In this document: positions 35,511 to 46,604 of the stretch, piece by piece | How the letters are laid out: the number at the start of each line of letters is the position of its first letter | Position numbering within the stretch: position 1 is the first letter of the stretch | Assembly: GCF_000281045.1 (NCBI RefSeq) | Contig: NW_008246072.1 | Location: 1,051,481 to 1,115,480, forward strand | Length of the DNA stretch: 64,000 nt | From: Saprolegnia diclina VS20 | Lineage: Eukaryota | Direction: 5' to 3' | Made by a program: the position numbers and the translations under genes | The notes under the pieces: model-generated | Database searches by the model: none | Told to the model about the DNA's origin: nothing | What the model saw: only the letters and a program-made list of their open reading frames with translations

Positions 35511-36341
35511 ATGGAGCCAACGCACGAAACGTGGACGCTGCCCGAAAACCTGCACCCGCTGCACTACTCTCGCTGGGGCCCGCCCACGGCCGCGACCACC
35601 TACGTTCTCTTACACGGCGCACCCGGGACATACCAGGACTTCAGCTACCTGGCGCCGCTACTCGTCTCGGGCCACGATGTCAATGCGATCGCGTTCGATC
35701 TCCCGGGCAACGGCCGCACGAGCGTCGAGATTGTCGGCGGCATGTACTACGTCGACGCCGCCTCGATTGCCAGCACCATCGTCGCCGCGCTCTCATCGCT
35801 CCCGCTCTCGCGCATGATCCTCGTGGGGCATTCGATGGGCGGCCACGCGACGCTGCAAGTGGCGTCGGCGCCGGCGCTCGCGTCGCGGCTTGCGGGCATT
35901 GCGCTTCTCAACCCGACAGGGCTCCGCGCACCGCGCCGCGCCCGGCCCCGCATCGAGTATTACTTTAGCCTCGTCATGCGACTCGCGGGCGACGCGACCG
36001 ATTACTTCACCAACTGGAACCGATCGATTTACGTCGACAAGTTCAAGTTCTCGAACGATATTCCGACCGACGACTTTTCCGTCGCGTTCTACCGCATGGT
36101 GACGGCCGACTATGCGCAGCTGCGCGTCCAGGCCGAGGACATCGCCCGGCGCAAGGTCCCGGCGTTCGTGGCTTTTGCAAAGGACGACCGCGTGATCGAG
36201 TGCGATATTGGCGCCGACCTCGCGGCCGTGCTCGCGGCGAGAACCGTCAAGACGTACGAAAAGGGCGGGCACAACATCCCCAAGACACAAGCCACGGATC
36301 TTGGCGCGGAAATCAACGCGTGGGCCAAGTCGCTTCTGTAG
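35511..36341 (+). CDS. DUF1057-like alpha/beta hydrolase #6, ends SLL
   Basis: MEPTHET, HGAPGTYQDFSY, GHSMGG, GGHNIPKTQ, ends AKSLL*. Inr-like TCATTTCCAAACTTT upstream. Confidence 0.9.
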   Translation: MEPTHETWTLPENLHPLHYSRWGPPTAATTYVLLHGAPGTYQDFSYLAPLLVSGHDVNAIAFDLPGNGRTSVEIVGGMYYVDAASIASTIVAALSSLPLSRMILVGHSMGGHATLQVASAPALASRLAGIALLNPTGLRAPRRARPRIEYYFSLVMRLAGDATDYFTNWNRSIYVDKFKFSNDIPTDDFSVAFYRMVTADYAQLRVQAEDIARRKVPAFVAFAKDDRVIECDIGADLAAVLAARTVKTYEKGGHNIPKTQATDLGAEINAWAKSLL

Positions 36342-36883
36342 GTACAGGTAGCGTTAGATAGAAGACATATATTGTGCAATAAAACCTGTTGCATTCAAAT
36401 GACAATTGTGTGTCGGTGTTTATACTTCGTCGAGTCGGCCGTGAAGATTAGGGCAACGAACGCGTTGGTGCCCTTCCTGCCAATTACATGAGCAACTCTG
36501 GCGTCCCATCGCGCGGAACACCTCCTTTCGCCTGGCATGACGCTCGAATAGTGCAATAGAAAATTCGATAGACCGCCAGCCAATGCTAGCAGCGGGTTAG
36601 AATCGACCAAGCTACAATCAAAAAGGCTATCTAGCCTACTGTTGACTCATCGCGTCGGGCCGGCAACTACTCAATTCTCTTGCTGCGCGTGGAGGTACCT
36701 CTTTATCTACGCTTGCGCTCTGATATCGTATTGAAGTCATTTGGCCTCAGCCGCTTACGGTGTGCAGTCCTTTTGCAATGTATTTACCCATGCGGCGCGT
36801 TATACATTCGCATTCATGCATAAACCGTACAAGGCGTATGTGTGCTTACCGTGAGCGTGGTGAGCTCTCGAACTCGATCTTGC

Positions 36884-36922
36884 AGCGAGATCTTATAGCG
36901 AGATCTTATAGCGAGATCTTAT
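36884..36922. repeat. 13-bp tandem repeat (AGCGAGATCTTAT)x3
   Basis: Directly visible between two convergent 3' ends. Confidence 0.85.
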
Positions 36923-37012
36923 TGCTCGATCATAAAACTAGATCTTATGATGATACTGCAAACTTGCACTTCGGTTTGCTGTATTACGACAATAATTTAT
37001 TCTGAAGCGACT

Positions 37013-38548
37013 CTAGTTGCCATCGTTGTCTTGGTCGTCGTCGTCATTGTGGCCCGCAAAGATTGGTATTGCAAAGGTAGGTTTCTCCTTTCGCAGGTGC
37101 AGATTCGCATTTAGCAACTGGCGCATTGTGTTGGAGTAGCACCAGTTCATTGCGTCGTCCGTGAAGCCCTCGCTTCGGTGTGTCGACAAAAACGCGACAA
37201 CATCGAGATGGCCACCAAAGACCGCGTAGTCGATCGCGTGCGTCGAGCAGCCTTCGTTGCGTTCGTCGTGCAAAAACCGGACAACGTCCAAGTGGCCATT
37301 TGCTGCCGCGCGGTCCATCGCTGCCTTTGTGCAGCCTTCGGTCCGGTGCGTATGCAAGAAGGTGACCATGTCCAAGTCGCCGTTGGTCGCAGCCATGTCG
37401 AGCGCCGTCGTCGAGCAGCCCTCGTCGCGCTCTTCGTGGAGGAAGCGGACGATGTCCATCGCGCCGCTCCACGCTGCCATGTCCATGGCCTTGGACGAGA
37501 TCTCGCAGTCGTGGTCGAGGAGCCACCGCACAAAGTCGAGGCGCGACCCGTCGACCGGCGGCGACGTCCCGAACCGCGCGCTCGCTTGCGGTACGACGTT
37601 GGCATACTCGTAGCGCACGTCGCAGAGATCATCGACGATGCAGTCCCACTCCACGTCGTCTGGGGCGGGTGCGTCTTGGTGCGGCGGCAACGCCACGGGC
37701 AGACCCTGTGCGCGGCAGCGTTCGACGACGTAGGCGACTGCGGTTGGGAATTGCCGGTACGTCGCCGGGCGCAGCGCCAGCTGAACATGATGCAGCGCCA
37801 ATTCGGGTCCGCACATGTCGAGGACAGCCGCGAGCACGCTCATATCGTTGCGGTTGACGGCCTCTAGAATGTCGTTCTCGGTCGGGCGGACGTGGAAGGT
37901 AGTGTGGAGAAAGTGCAGAATTGCAACATTGTGGGATGGTGCGACGATCGCGCCGTAGATGGCCGGGCCGCAAGAGGCTTGGGGGCAATGGGCGTGGAGG
38001 TACTCGATGACGTGCAAGTGGCCGCGCGACGCGGCGCACGCGACTGCAAACGGTGGCACGGCGTCTGGTGCGTGGGCGCAGAGAAGCGCGATAACGTCCA
38101 GGTTGCCGACCTTGGCGGCGTTGACAAAGGCTTGCGACGAGATTGTGAAGCCGTGCTTGATGAGCCATTGCACGACACGTAAGCGGTTGTGCCGAGCAGC
38201 GCAGGCCACGGTCGTGGAAAAGGCCTCGTCGAGGGCGAGTAGCGCGGCCTTGTAGTTGGCGGTCCATGCGAGGCAGGCATCGTTGTCACCTTGAAGCATC
38301 GCCAGGCGGCATGGAAAACGAACGTCGATCTTCTCCAAGAGCAGCTCGCTGCTGTCGTACGTTGTGCCCGCGACCGTAAAGGCAAAGTTGCGACCATCGT
38401 GGTAGCTAAAGCGCACGGCGGTCTTCCAATAGTGGTCCATCGGACGCAGCGCGGATGGGAGGCCGTCTTGGAAGGATGTGATGGCGCAGAGAAGCCCGGG
38501 CAGGCGCAAGACGATGGCGGAGGCGGGTGTTGTCGCGTCGGCGTCCAT
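37013..38548 (-). CDS. Ankyrin-repeat protein (EGC-type repeats, oomycete-expanded family)
   Basis: Repeats EGCSTTALDMAATNGDLDMVTFLH and EGCTKAAMDRAAANGHLDVVRFLH, plus N-terminal ITSFQDGLP. Confidence 0.9.
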   Translation of the reverse strand: MDADATTPASAIVLRLPGLLCAITSFQDGLPSALRPMDHYWKTAVRFSYHDGRNFAFTVAGTTYDSSELLLEKIDVRFPCRLAMLQGDNDACLAWTANYKAALLALDEAFSTTVACAARHNRLRVVQWLIKHGFTISSQAFVNAAKVGNLDVIALLCAHAPDAVPPFAVACAASRGHLHVIEYLHAHCPQASCGPAIYGAIVAPSHNVAILHFLHTTFHVRPTENDILEAVNRNDMSVLAAVLDMCGPELALHHVQLALRPATYRQFPTAVAYVVERCRAQGLPVALPPHQDAPAPDDVEWDCIVDDLCDVRYEYANVVPQASARFGTSPPVDGSRLDFVRWLLDHDCEISSKAMDMAAWSGAMDIVRFLHEERDEGCSTTALDMAATNGDLDMVTFLHTHRTEGCTKAAMDRAAANGHLDVVRFLHDERNEGCSTHAIDYAVFGGHLDVVAFLSTHRSEGFTDDAMNWCYSNTMRQLLNANLHLRKEKPTFAIPIFAGHNDDDDQDNDGN

Positions 38549-39077
38549 CGTGACGAATGTGAAATGCGTCGGTCGGAGCAACCGCCACATCGTGACAAAC
38601 AGGCGCGTTTCAAAAGAAGAGCAATCTGAAATTGACAAAAAAGGGTGTGTTCGCGTCGTTTGCTGGGCATGTAATCACGATTGCGAAGGAGTTGGCCGTG
38701 TGACTCTATGGCCCACCAACATGGACATGCTGAATTGAGAGCTTCAAGTAACCTCTTTCTCATGCAAGTAGTTTCCATATCCATGATCCATGGTGCAGAT
38801 GTCGGTACCCCCGAACCCCCGGACGTGGCGAGGTCGAATTTTTGAAACATTTGCAGGATATTTCAACAAATTCCACCATAGCCCACACAAAGAGAAAGCA
38901 AAAGCCAATTTTTGGAAATTAAGGTCGTTCAATCATTGCCCTTGAATGGAGCGATATCAATCTTTTGATCGGTTGCACTTCGCTTGTCCACTTTGCTGTC
39001 AAAAGACAATGAAGAGTGTATGTTTTATCAAAATGTATGCTCTTTGCAAAGTCAGCAAAATCAAAAAAGCCCAGCTG

Positions 39078-40807
39078 ATGACGGCGGTCGACGTGGCGCT
39101 GCGCCAAGCGGGCCTCGTGCGTGTGATGGCCTCGTACCAAGATGGTATTCCTCTTGCACTCACGCGCCTCAGCTCCTTCTGGAAGCACCAAGTCACGTTT
39201 GCACCCGGCGGCTTCTTCAATCTGGGCTTTAACTTTACCATCGACGGCTCGTCGACGGTGCACTCTGGCAGCGACTTGTATCTTGACGTCGTCGACAGAC
39301 GCTTTCCATGGCACTGGGCAATGCGCGTCGGCGACGACGACGCGTGCCTTGCGTGGGGAGAGTTTTTCAAGGCGGAGCTCGTGGCGCTGGATGCGTCCAA
39401 CGAATTGTCGGTCGCGTGCGCAGTCCGATACGACCGTCCCATCGTTGTCAAGTGGTTGCTGGACCAAGGTTTTCCTGTCAGTTCGATGGCAGTGCAAGAA
39501 GCTGTCAAGCGCGGCGATCTGGGTTTGATTCGACACATTTGTGAGTCGACGCCGCAGAGGATTCCGGACGCCATTGGAAGCCTTCCAAAACACCTTTATT
39601 TGCAAATCTAGATATATTTTTTTTTCGTTTTGTGCCCTAAAAAAGTGATTAAAAATATGCTGTCCAGATGTATCCAGTCCGCGTACGCCTCCAAAAAGCG
39701 CGCGTACGCGATCCAGTGTGCATCGGATCGCCAGATCGCATTATCTTGGTGTTTGTATGGCGAATGGCTCACGGCGCTCGAAAAAGACAAAATAATTCCG
39801 GATGGTTCATTTTCACTTTCGCCATGCATCAGGTAACGTACCGCATCCCTTGTGTCGCCGTCGCCTGGCCCACGAGAGACGCCGCGCGCTGCACCGTGTC
39901 CACCTCAAACGGCACCGGAAGGACTCGATCAAGTCTTGCAAGAGTTTGCGCGACGCAGCAACGCCAAGAGCGAGCTTGGGCGCCAGGGCCGTCCACCGCG
40001 CGTCGCCGCGAAGAACTGTACCTTGGGCAGTCGACGCTCATCGTATTGCTCGGTTAGATGCACGGCGTCTCCGTCAACGGCGCGTTCTGCTTCTGGAGAT
40101 ATGGCGAGATAAGCTGCGAGCCATAGTTTACGACTACGGACCCGGCAATCTTGCCGGCGCCGTTCTGCAATGCGGCGAGCAATAAGGGACGTGCGAGGAG
40201 ATGGAAGGATCGGAAGGTGGGCTTGGCGATCATAGCGATGGATCACGGTGCACGTCGTGTTGACGCCGACTGCACTACCTTGGCCACGGTCATCGGGCGC
40301 CTCGACCTCTTGCAGTACCTCCATGCTGCGTTCCCGACTGCTGTGCAAGAGGTCGTCCGTTTTCACTTTGCGATACGATCAGCATCGGTGCCGATGCTGC
40401 GCTTTGTGTATGACCACGTTGGTGCACGTCCTAGCCAAGCCGACCTGCTCAAGGACGCCTACAGTCATAACGTCGACATTCTCGATGTCGTTCTATCGAT
40501 GCTCGATCCTGCAGACGCGTCTACCTTGGTGCAACTCACCCTCCGGACGCAGCAGGGGTCACCAGCGATGCAGCTCCTCTTTGATCGCAGCCGTCGCCTC
40601 GGCCTCAATGTCGCGTACAGTGCTGCCCAAGCGACGACGGATGGTTCGATATCCCGTGATGCCTTTCAACCACCAACGCCAAGTCGCCTCCGACCCGACA
40701 CCGAGGCGATCTTGCATCTGGCTGACGACCGCGAGCGCTGGAACAATGTGCCTGAGGCCTTGGAAGGGACTGCTGCTATGGGACATGAAGATATTCTTAG
40801 AGCTTAG
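39078..40807 (+). pseudogene. Ankyrin-family paralog split by a ~690-bp insertion
   Basis: The 5' part (MASYQDGIP...ICESTPQRIPDA, to 39572) and the 3' part (DADCTTLA...GRLDLLQYLH, from 40262) are collinear with the 37013 and 41317 paralogs. Confidence 0.65.
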
Positions 40808-41316
40808 CGCAGCTGAGCTTAGCGTACACAGCGCAGACATTGCCCACCCAGTTGCTAATCGTTTTGAAAAACTCTGTCGACAGACTTTGCTCTTTGCTTG
40901 TGCAAATGATCCAGAATAGTCGGCGTCGATGTGGAAGCCGTCAAGGTCCATCGTGGGCAAGACGTAGGGGCTGGACGACCTGCCACTTGTACCGGTAGCG
41001 GCGCGCGCTGGCGAAGGCTCATCATGGGCTCTAGGCGCTGCAGCTGGACATTAATGACTTCGGTCACATTGCCTAGAAGACAACACATGTCCTAACGTTA
41101 ACAAGAGTTTAGACCATTGGCGACCAAATGAAAGAAAGACTCCAATGTCACTGCGAACATCGATTTTTTCCAAGACGGAACTCTTCTCGCTTGCATGCGC
41201 CTCAACGACTTTATACCCGAGTCCCGATCGCACCCTGCGACGTCGTCCCTCTGAGTCTCGACTGTTCGACCGCAGAATGGCAGCTGTCTCGCTCCGCGCC
41301 ATCAACAAGTATGGTA

Positions 41317-42204
41317 TTAGTGTGAATCGACGATGTTGACGCTTGCCAGGGCGGTGGGCAAGCCAAGTGCGGCACAACGTCTTATGAGAAGCGCCGTCGT
41401 CTCTGGGTGGTCGCGCGCGTGCTCGTGTGTCAGTGCAAAATACGTGTCACTCGACGTTATGGGCGGATCAAAGAGGTCCAGGACTGTTGACAGCAGTGGT
41501 AGGTTGTCTTGGCACAGCGCGAGGGAGATATCCCGCGCCGTCGGGCGAAGTCCACGAAACACACGGTGGACAAAGCACACCATGGCCTCCGCGTTCGTAG
41601 GCGCGGTGACGGCGGCGCTGAGGACGCCACCCGACCGAAGCGTCCGCGGGAAGTGCGCGTGCAGGTAGCGTGCGACCTCCATGTGCCCACGAGCGGCGGC
41701 GGCCGCGAGAACGTGCGCTGGGACCATCGTCGGTGCGCGTTCGCAGAGCAAGGCCACGAGCGCAACGTCGCCGTACAGCACCGCCTGCACGATCGACTGT
41801 GACGTCATGTAAAAGCCGTGGTCCAAAAGCCAATGAACGACGCGCGCGCGCCCGTAGCATGCTGCACACGTCACCGCCGAGGGCTGGAAGGCGTCGAGGG
41901 CGAGCAGCGTCGACGTAAAGTGCGCAGCCCACGCGATACAGTCGTCGTCGCGGCCATGCAGCATGGCCCAGTGCATCGGGAAGCGGTGGTCGACTGCGTG
42001 AAGGTGCAGCGTCGCGTGCGATCTCTCGACGCCGGCGATCTCAAACCGAAAGCCAAGGCCAAGCGAGCCCACGCGACGGAAGGTCGCCGTCGTCTTCCAC
42101 ACGTGGTCCAGCGCCGAGATCGCATACGGAATGCCATCTTGGTACGCTGCAATGCTGCGCACGAGGTCGGCCTGCGCCAAGACGACCGCGGCCGGGCGTC
42201 GCAT
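41317..42204 (-). CDS. Ankyrin-family paralog lacking the C-terminal EGC repeats
   Basis: IAAYQDGIP, RFPMHWAM and AAAARGHMEVARYLH are homologous to the N-terminal half of 37013-38548. Confidence 0.75.
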   Translation of the reverse strand: MRRPAAVVLAQADLVRSIAAYQDGIPYAISALDHVWKTTATFRRVGSLGLGFRFEIAGVERSHATLHLHAVDHRFPMHWAMLHGRDDDCIAWAAHFTSTLLALDAFQPSAVTCAACYGRARVVHWLLDHGFYMTSQSIVQAVLYGDVALVALLCERAPTMVPAHVLAAAAARGHMEVARYLHAHFPRTLRSGGVLSAAVTAPTNAEAMVCFVHRVFRGLRPTARDISLALCQDNLPLLSTVLDLFDPPITSSDTYFALTHEHARDHPETTALLIRRCAALGLPTALASVNIVDSH

Positions 42205-42460
42205 TGTTGTCGACTTGGCCTTTCTATAATATCGAGTTTGGCGGTTGTCCAATATCCATTTGGAGAGGTAATCCGTGATTCAATCGCGATCCACGGTGCT
42301 GCAAATGAGCCGCGAAGTCTCGCTGGTCAGATATCAAATTGCACTTGGTGTGACCGTAAGTGCAAAATGGTGTCGTAGCAAGTACTAGACGGCTGATCAA
42401 TATGCTGTTAGAGCTACGATAGATACCGTCGACACCGATACACACACACTATATTTGAGT

Positions 42461-43306
42461 TTAGAGCATGCTCCGATGGCTCCATGCGACGAGGGCCGGC
42501 CCAAGGTCGGCGGCTTGCGTCTTTTGAATGTTGTGACCGCCTTTGGCATACTCCTTCAGGACGCTCGGCTCGAGAACGCTCGCGACTTCCTTCCCGAGCG
42601 AGACCTCGATGATGCGGTCGTCGGCCGCAAGCGCCATGAACGTGGGCACCCCGCGGCCTTTGATTGCGTGGGCCGACGCCTTGATTCGCTCAAAGTCTGG
42701 CGACGCGACGTGCAGCATGGCGGCAACGCACACGAGCGGCGGCGTCGACTTGGGAAACCCAAGCCACTTGAGGTAAAAGGAGTGGGTCCAGCCCTGGAGA
42801 AAGTTGGGGCCGTCGCCCAAGTACCGCAGCGCGCTGGCCCAGAGCTTGGCAAACACGTACGGTCGGCAGCTTTGGTGCGGGCTAAAGCCCGTCGGGTTGA
42901 GCAACGCGAGGCCGCGAAGAGTCGGTGCGAGCGCCGGGTTGGCGGCCACGAGCATGGACGTTTGCCCGCCCATCGAATGACCGAGCAGAAACATGTTCTT
43001 CAAACCGAGCTGCGGCAGCGCCTCGACGACCGCGTCCGCGATCGCCGTCGAGCTAAAGCCAGCAATCCCGCCGGCCGCCGCAATGCTCGTTTGGCCGCTC
43101 CCAGGCAAGTCGAACGCAATGACGTTGGTGTCGGGCTCGGCCAGCAGCAGCGGCGCGAGGTACTTGAAGTCCGTATTGGCCCCCGGGGCTCCGTGAAGAA
43201 GCACAAACGTCTTGGCCGCGCGCAACGGGCCGTGGGTCCAGTAGTGCACGAGCTCGTTGTTGGCCAGCGTGAGCGTCGCGTGGACGGGCTCGGGTGCAGT
43301 CTCCAT
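42461..43306 (-). CDS. DUF1057-like alpha/beta hydrolase #7, ends SML
   Basis: METAPEPVHAT, HGAPGANTDFKY, GHSMGG, GGHNIQKTQ, ends HRSML*. Confidence 0.9.
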   Translation of the reverse strand: METAPEPVHATLTLANNELVHYWTHGPLRAAKTFVLLHGAPGANTDFKYLAPLLLAEPDTNVIAFDLPGSGQTSIAAAGGIAGFSSTAIADAVVEALPQLGLKNMFLLGHSMGGQTSMLVAANPALAPTLRGLALLNPTGFSPHQSCRPYVFAKLWASALRYLGDGPNFLQGWTHSFYLKWLGFPKSTPPLVCVAAMLHVASPDFERIKASAHAIKGRGVPTFMALAADDRIIEVSLGKEVASVLEPSVLKEYAKGGHNIQKTQAADLGPALVAWSHRSML

Positions 43307-44069
43307 GGCCAATTCGAAAATGGCGTCCACAGATCGTATCGATCAGCATACAAATGTCAAGTATTGACAGGGTTGTCGACAGCGTCATGTCACACGGGTT
43401 TACTATGGTCCTGAGTAATCACCGGGTGGTACACTCGCGAGCAATTCGAGGTCCAGCTCAAATCGCAATGCCAGTGATGTGATCGGGTGGTTTCAAATCT
43501 AGTGGTTGACGGTGACTATAATAGTCATCGGATCATCGAATCTATTGGTTTCGTCATTGGGTTTGGCAATGGCTGGTATAACGTCAAGGTTGGTACGAAA
43601 CATCCAACGCAGAACCGTCGACGTGCAACTACACGCTCAGATTGAGTGTTTGTAGAACCCAGAGCTAGAACCCAGCACGTTCTGGGAGTGAAAAGACAGG
43701 TCCAAGCCCAAGTCTATCCGACCGGCATCGAGTTTCGTCGTGACAACGTTTTCGTGGGTACGAGGTGGAGTCACCACAGTGCCATGTTCAGTCATCAACT
43801 CGGGAACAACTCGACAATCGAAGTGTACATTGTTACGTGGAATTCCGTGTCGCTATGGTGGTCAAAGTGCTGGCTTGTTAACCAAGTGACTATCTGCAAA
43901 ATCCGGCTGCCACGTCATTGATCGAGTGACAGTTTCATTTTTTCACTGGCAGTTTCTTCTAGTAATAAGTACACTGATTTGCAGCTTCAAGTTCACGAAC
44001 AAGTGGCAGGGGACATAGTAGAATTAGCAGATATATGGCCTAACTCTCAGTTGACCAAGTGTAGCAGCT

Positions 44070-44945
44070 TCATAGCTTGCCATCATGGTTGCTCCACGCA
44101 AGAATGGACAGACCAAGATCCGCGGCCTGCGTCTTTTGTATGTTGTGTCCACCCGTAGGGTATTCCTTCAACACACTCGGTTTTAAGACGTCGGCAACTT
44201 CGTGGCCGATAGCAACCTCAACGATGCGGTCGTCGGAGGCAAGCGCCATGAACGTCGAGAGACCGCGGCTTTGAATCACCCGCGCCGACGACTCAATGCG
44301 CGCATAGTCGGGCGACGAGACGTGCAGAATGGCCGCGACGCACGACGATGGCAGTGTCGTCTTTGGAAACCGGAGCGTGTTGAGGTAAAAGCTGTGGGTC
44401 CAGCGCTGCAAAAAGTGATCGCCGTCGCCAAGAAAACGCAGCGCGCAAGCCCAGATCTTGGCCAAAAAGAGCGGTCGTGACACGTGGTGGGGGCCAAAGC
44501 CTGCGGGGTTGAGGAGCGCAAGACCACACAGCGTTGGCGCCACCGCGGAGCTCGCGGCCACAAGCAGCGCGGTCTGCCCGCCCATCGAATGTCCAATGAG
44601 AAATGCCCGCGACAACGAAAGGCGCGGCCACGCGTCGATGACGGCCTCTGCGATACCCGTCGAGTTGAACGAAGCGAGGCCGCCGGCTGTGTCCATACTC
44701 GTGCGGCCGCTTCCCGGCAGATCAAACACGATCGCATTCGTGTCCGGCTCCGTCACGAGGAGTGGGGAGAGGTACTTGAAGTCCGTGTACGCCCCGGGTG
44801 CGCCGTGCAAAAGCACAAATGTCTTGGCCGCCGTCGCGGGACCGTACGTAGAGTAATGAAGGAGCTCCTCGTTGGACAGCGTGAGCGTTGCGTGCACGGG
44901 CTCGGCCGTTGTCGTCGATGGCGGGATCTGTGCGATGGCTACCAT
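44070..44945 (-). CDS. DUF1057-like alpha/beta hydrolase #8, ends GKL; closest paralog of #7
   Basis: HGAPGAYTDFKY, GHSMGG, GGHNIQKTQ, ends HDGKL*. Confidence 0.9.
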   Translation of the reverse strand: MVAIAQIPPSTTTAEPVHATLTLSNEELLHYSTYGPATAAKTFVLLHGAPGAYTDFKYLSPLLVTEPDTNAIVFDLPGSGRTSMDTAGGLASFNSTGIAEAVIDAWPRLSLSRAFLIGHSMGGQTALLVAASSAVAPTLCGLALLNPAGFGPHHVSRPLFLAKIWACALRFLGDGDHFLQRWTHSFYLNTLRFPKTTLPSSCVAAILHVSSPDYARIESSARVIQSRGLSTFMALASDDRIVEVAIGHEVADVLKPSVLKEYPTGGHNIQKTQAADLGLSILAWSNHDGKL

Positions 44946-45654
44946 GTTGGTCAAAGATAAATGAAAAATAAGCTCGACGGAAACGAAGCGCGACGAAAGC
45001 CACTTTGGTCGCAGGGCGATGCTAGAGCTTTGCAGCCGATTCAAAATTTAGGCTCGTGACGACGCCCCCGAGGTATTGATCTCGCCGTCGCGAATGTAGC
45101 TCATCGCGAATGTAGTACGTTGCTGTAGCTACGTACAGTACGCGTGCAATAATCGCCCTGATTCGTTTTACACTCATACTATATACTACGTGCTGGTCGT
45201 GCCAGTTTCCCGATACACTGCATCGACAGGCGCTGCGTCCCAACACAAAACATGTTTGCGAACACTGGTCGATATCCGAGTCTTGCGATGTGCAATGATC
45301 ATGTACTTGGCCAATGCCGACAACACTGTGCAGCACGTTCTCCGTCGACCCTTCTGGTTCGACGCTGTCGAGACGTTATCATCACCTGTGCTTTATTCGA
45401 TGGCAACACGGACCCATATATAACACTGCAAAATTGCACCGATTTCTCCTCATGACCACTCGCCAGTACTTCTGACGGACCGCTTCGAGGTGCGATAGCC
45501 TTGTGAGGTGGCGACTTGTCATCCCTTCATACGTCCTTTATTGCCCTGGACCGCGAACGAGACTGAATATCAGAACACTGCAAGCGGACGCTCTTGGGAT
45601 CTTTCCGGATAATGTGTTTCCGGATACGAGCGTCAACCCCACGACAGAACTTCG

Positions 45655-46604
45655 ATGCAAGCCGCTCCACGCGGGCCGGTGGCAGCGCCCGTCTTCTTCT
45701 TTGCGCGCACCTCGGACGGCGCGCCGCCGTTTTCTTCATTTGGCGGCAAATCGCAATCTCAATCTCAATCTCAAACGCCAGCAGTGCCTTCCAACGTGGA
45801 GAGCGTGCCGCGGGTCGTCGAGCTCCACGACTTGCGGGGCCACGAGGCAGCGTGCACCCTCGACGAGCACGGTTTTCAAGCCATTTTGGACGCGCCGCCG
45901 CTTTTGCCCGCCCTTCTCGATGCTCATGGACAGCTAGAGACGCGTGGGAAAGAGAGCATCGTCAAGGACCATGTCGAGGCCCTTCTCGCGGCCAAGTGGC
46001 GACCGTCCGAGGAGATCGTGTACATGGATGTCTTTACCGTCATCTTTCGCAGCGCTGACGCCAGTGAAGCGAAACAAGGTACAACTGCGTCATTGCAAGA
46101 CGAGAACAGACCCAACATCTAGGCGCGAAACGACGACCGTCGCCGCTGGTGCACGTCGACCAGACGCCGGCGACGGGTGCCATGTACACGGCCCAATTGC
46201 CGCCAGAGCTACGCGACTTGGTTCAAAACGGCACGCTACGGCTGCGCATCTTGAGTGTATGGCAGCCGCTCGTGCCAGTCGTTCTGGACTGGCCTTTGGC
46301 GCTCGCCGAGTCGGCGTCGTGCCCCGAGTCGCGGCTCCTCTCGTGCGCGACACTGTTTCCAAGCGGGTACGTCGGCGCCATGGCGCTCGTGCAAGACGAC
46401 GAGCTCTCGGACGCGCTGCGCTGGTGGTACTGGAGCGGTATGCAGCCGCACGAAGCGCTTTGGATCCAAAATTTTGACTCGGCAACGCCGACGCGCAGTC
46501 CGCACACGTCGTTTCGTGATCCGCGCGTCAAAGAGAGTGCATCGGCGCATCGCAAGAGCGTCGAGGCGCGTGTTGTGATCGTCACCAACGCCCTTGCCGT
46601 CTAA
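45655..46604 (+). CDS. CmcJ/AsaB/GA4-desaturase-like Fe(II)-dependent oxygenase (2 exons, intron 46079-46122)
   Basis: HDLRG...TLDEHGFQ, VHVDQT, ILSVWQPL...DWPLALAE, RWWYWSGMQPHE...FDS, PHTSFRDP, RKSVEAR. Removing the 44-nt GT..AG intron joins the two ORFs in frame. Confidence 0.8.
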
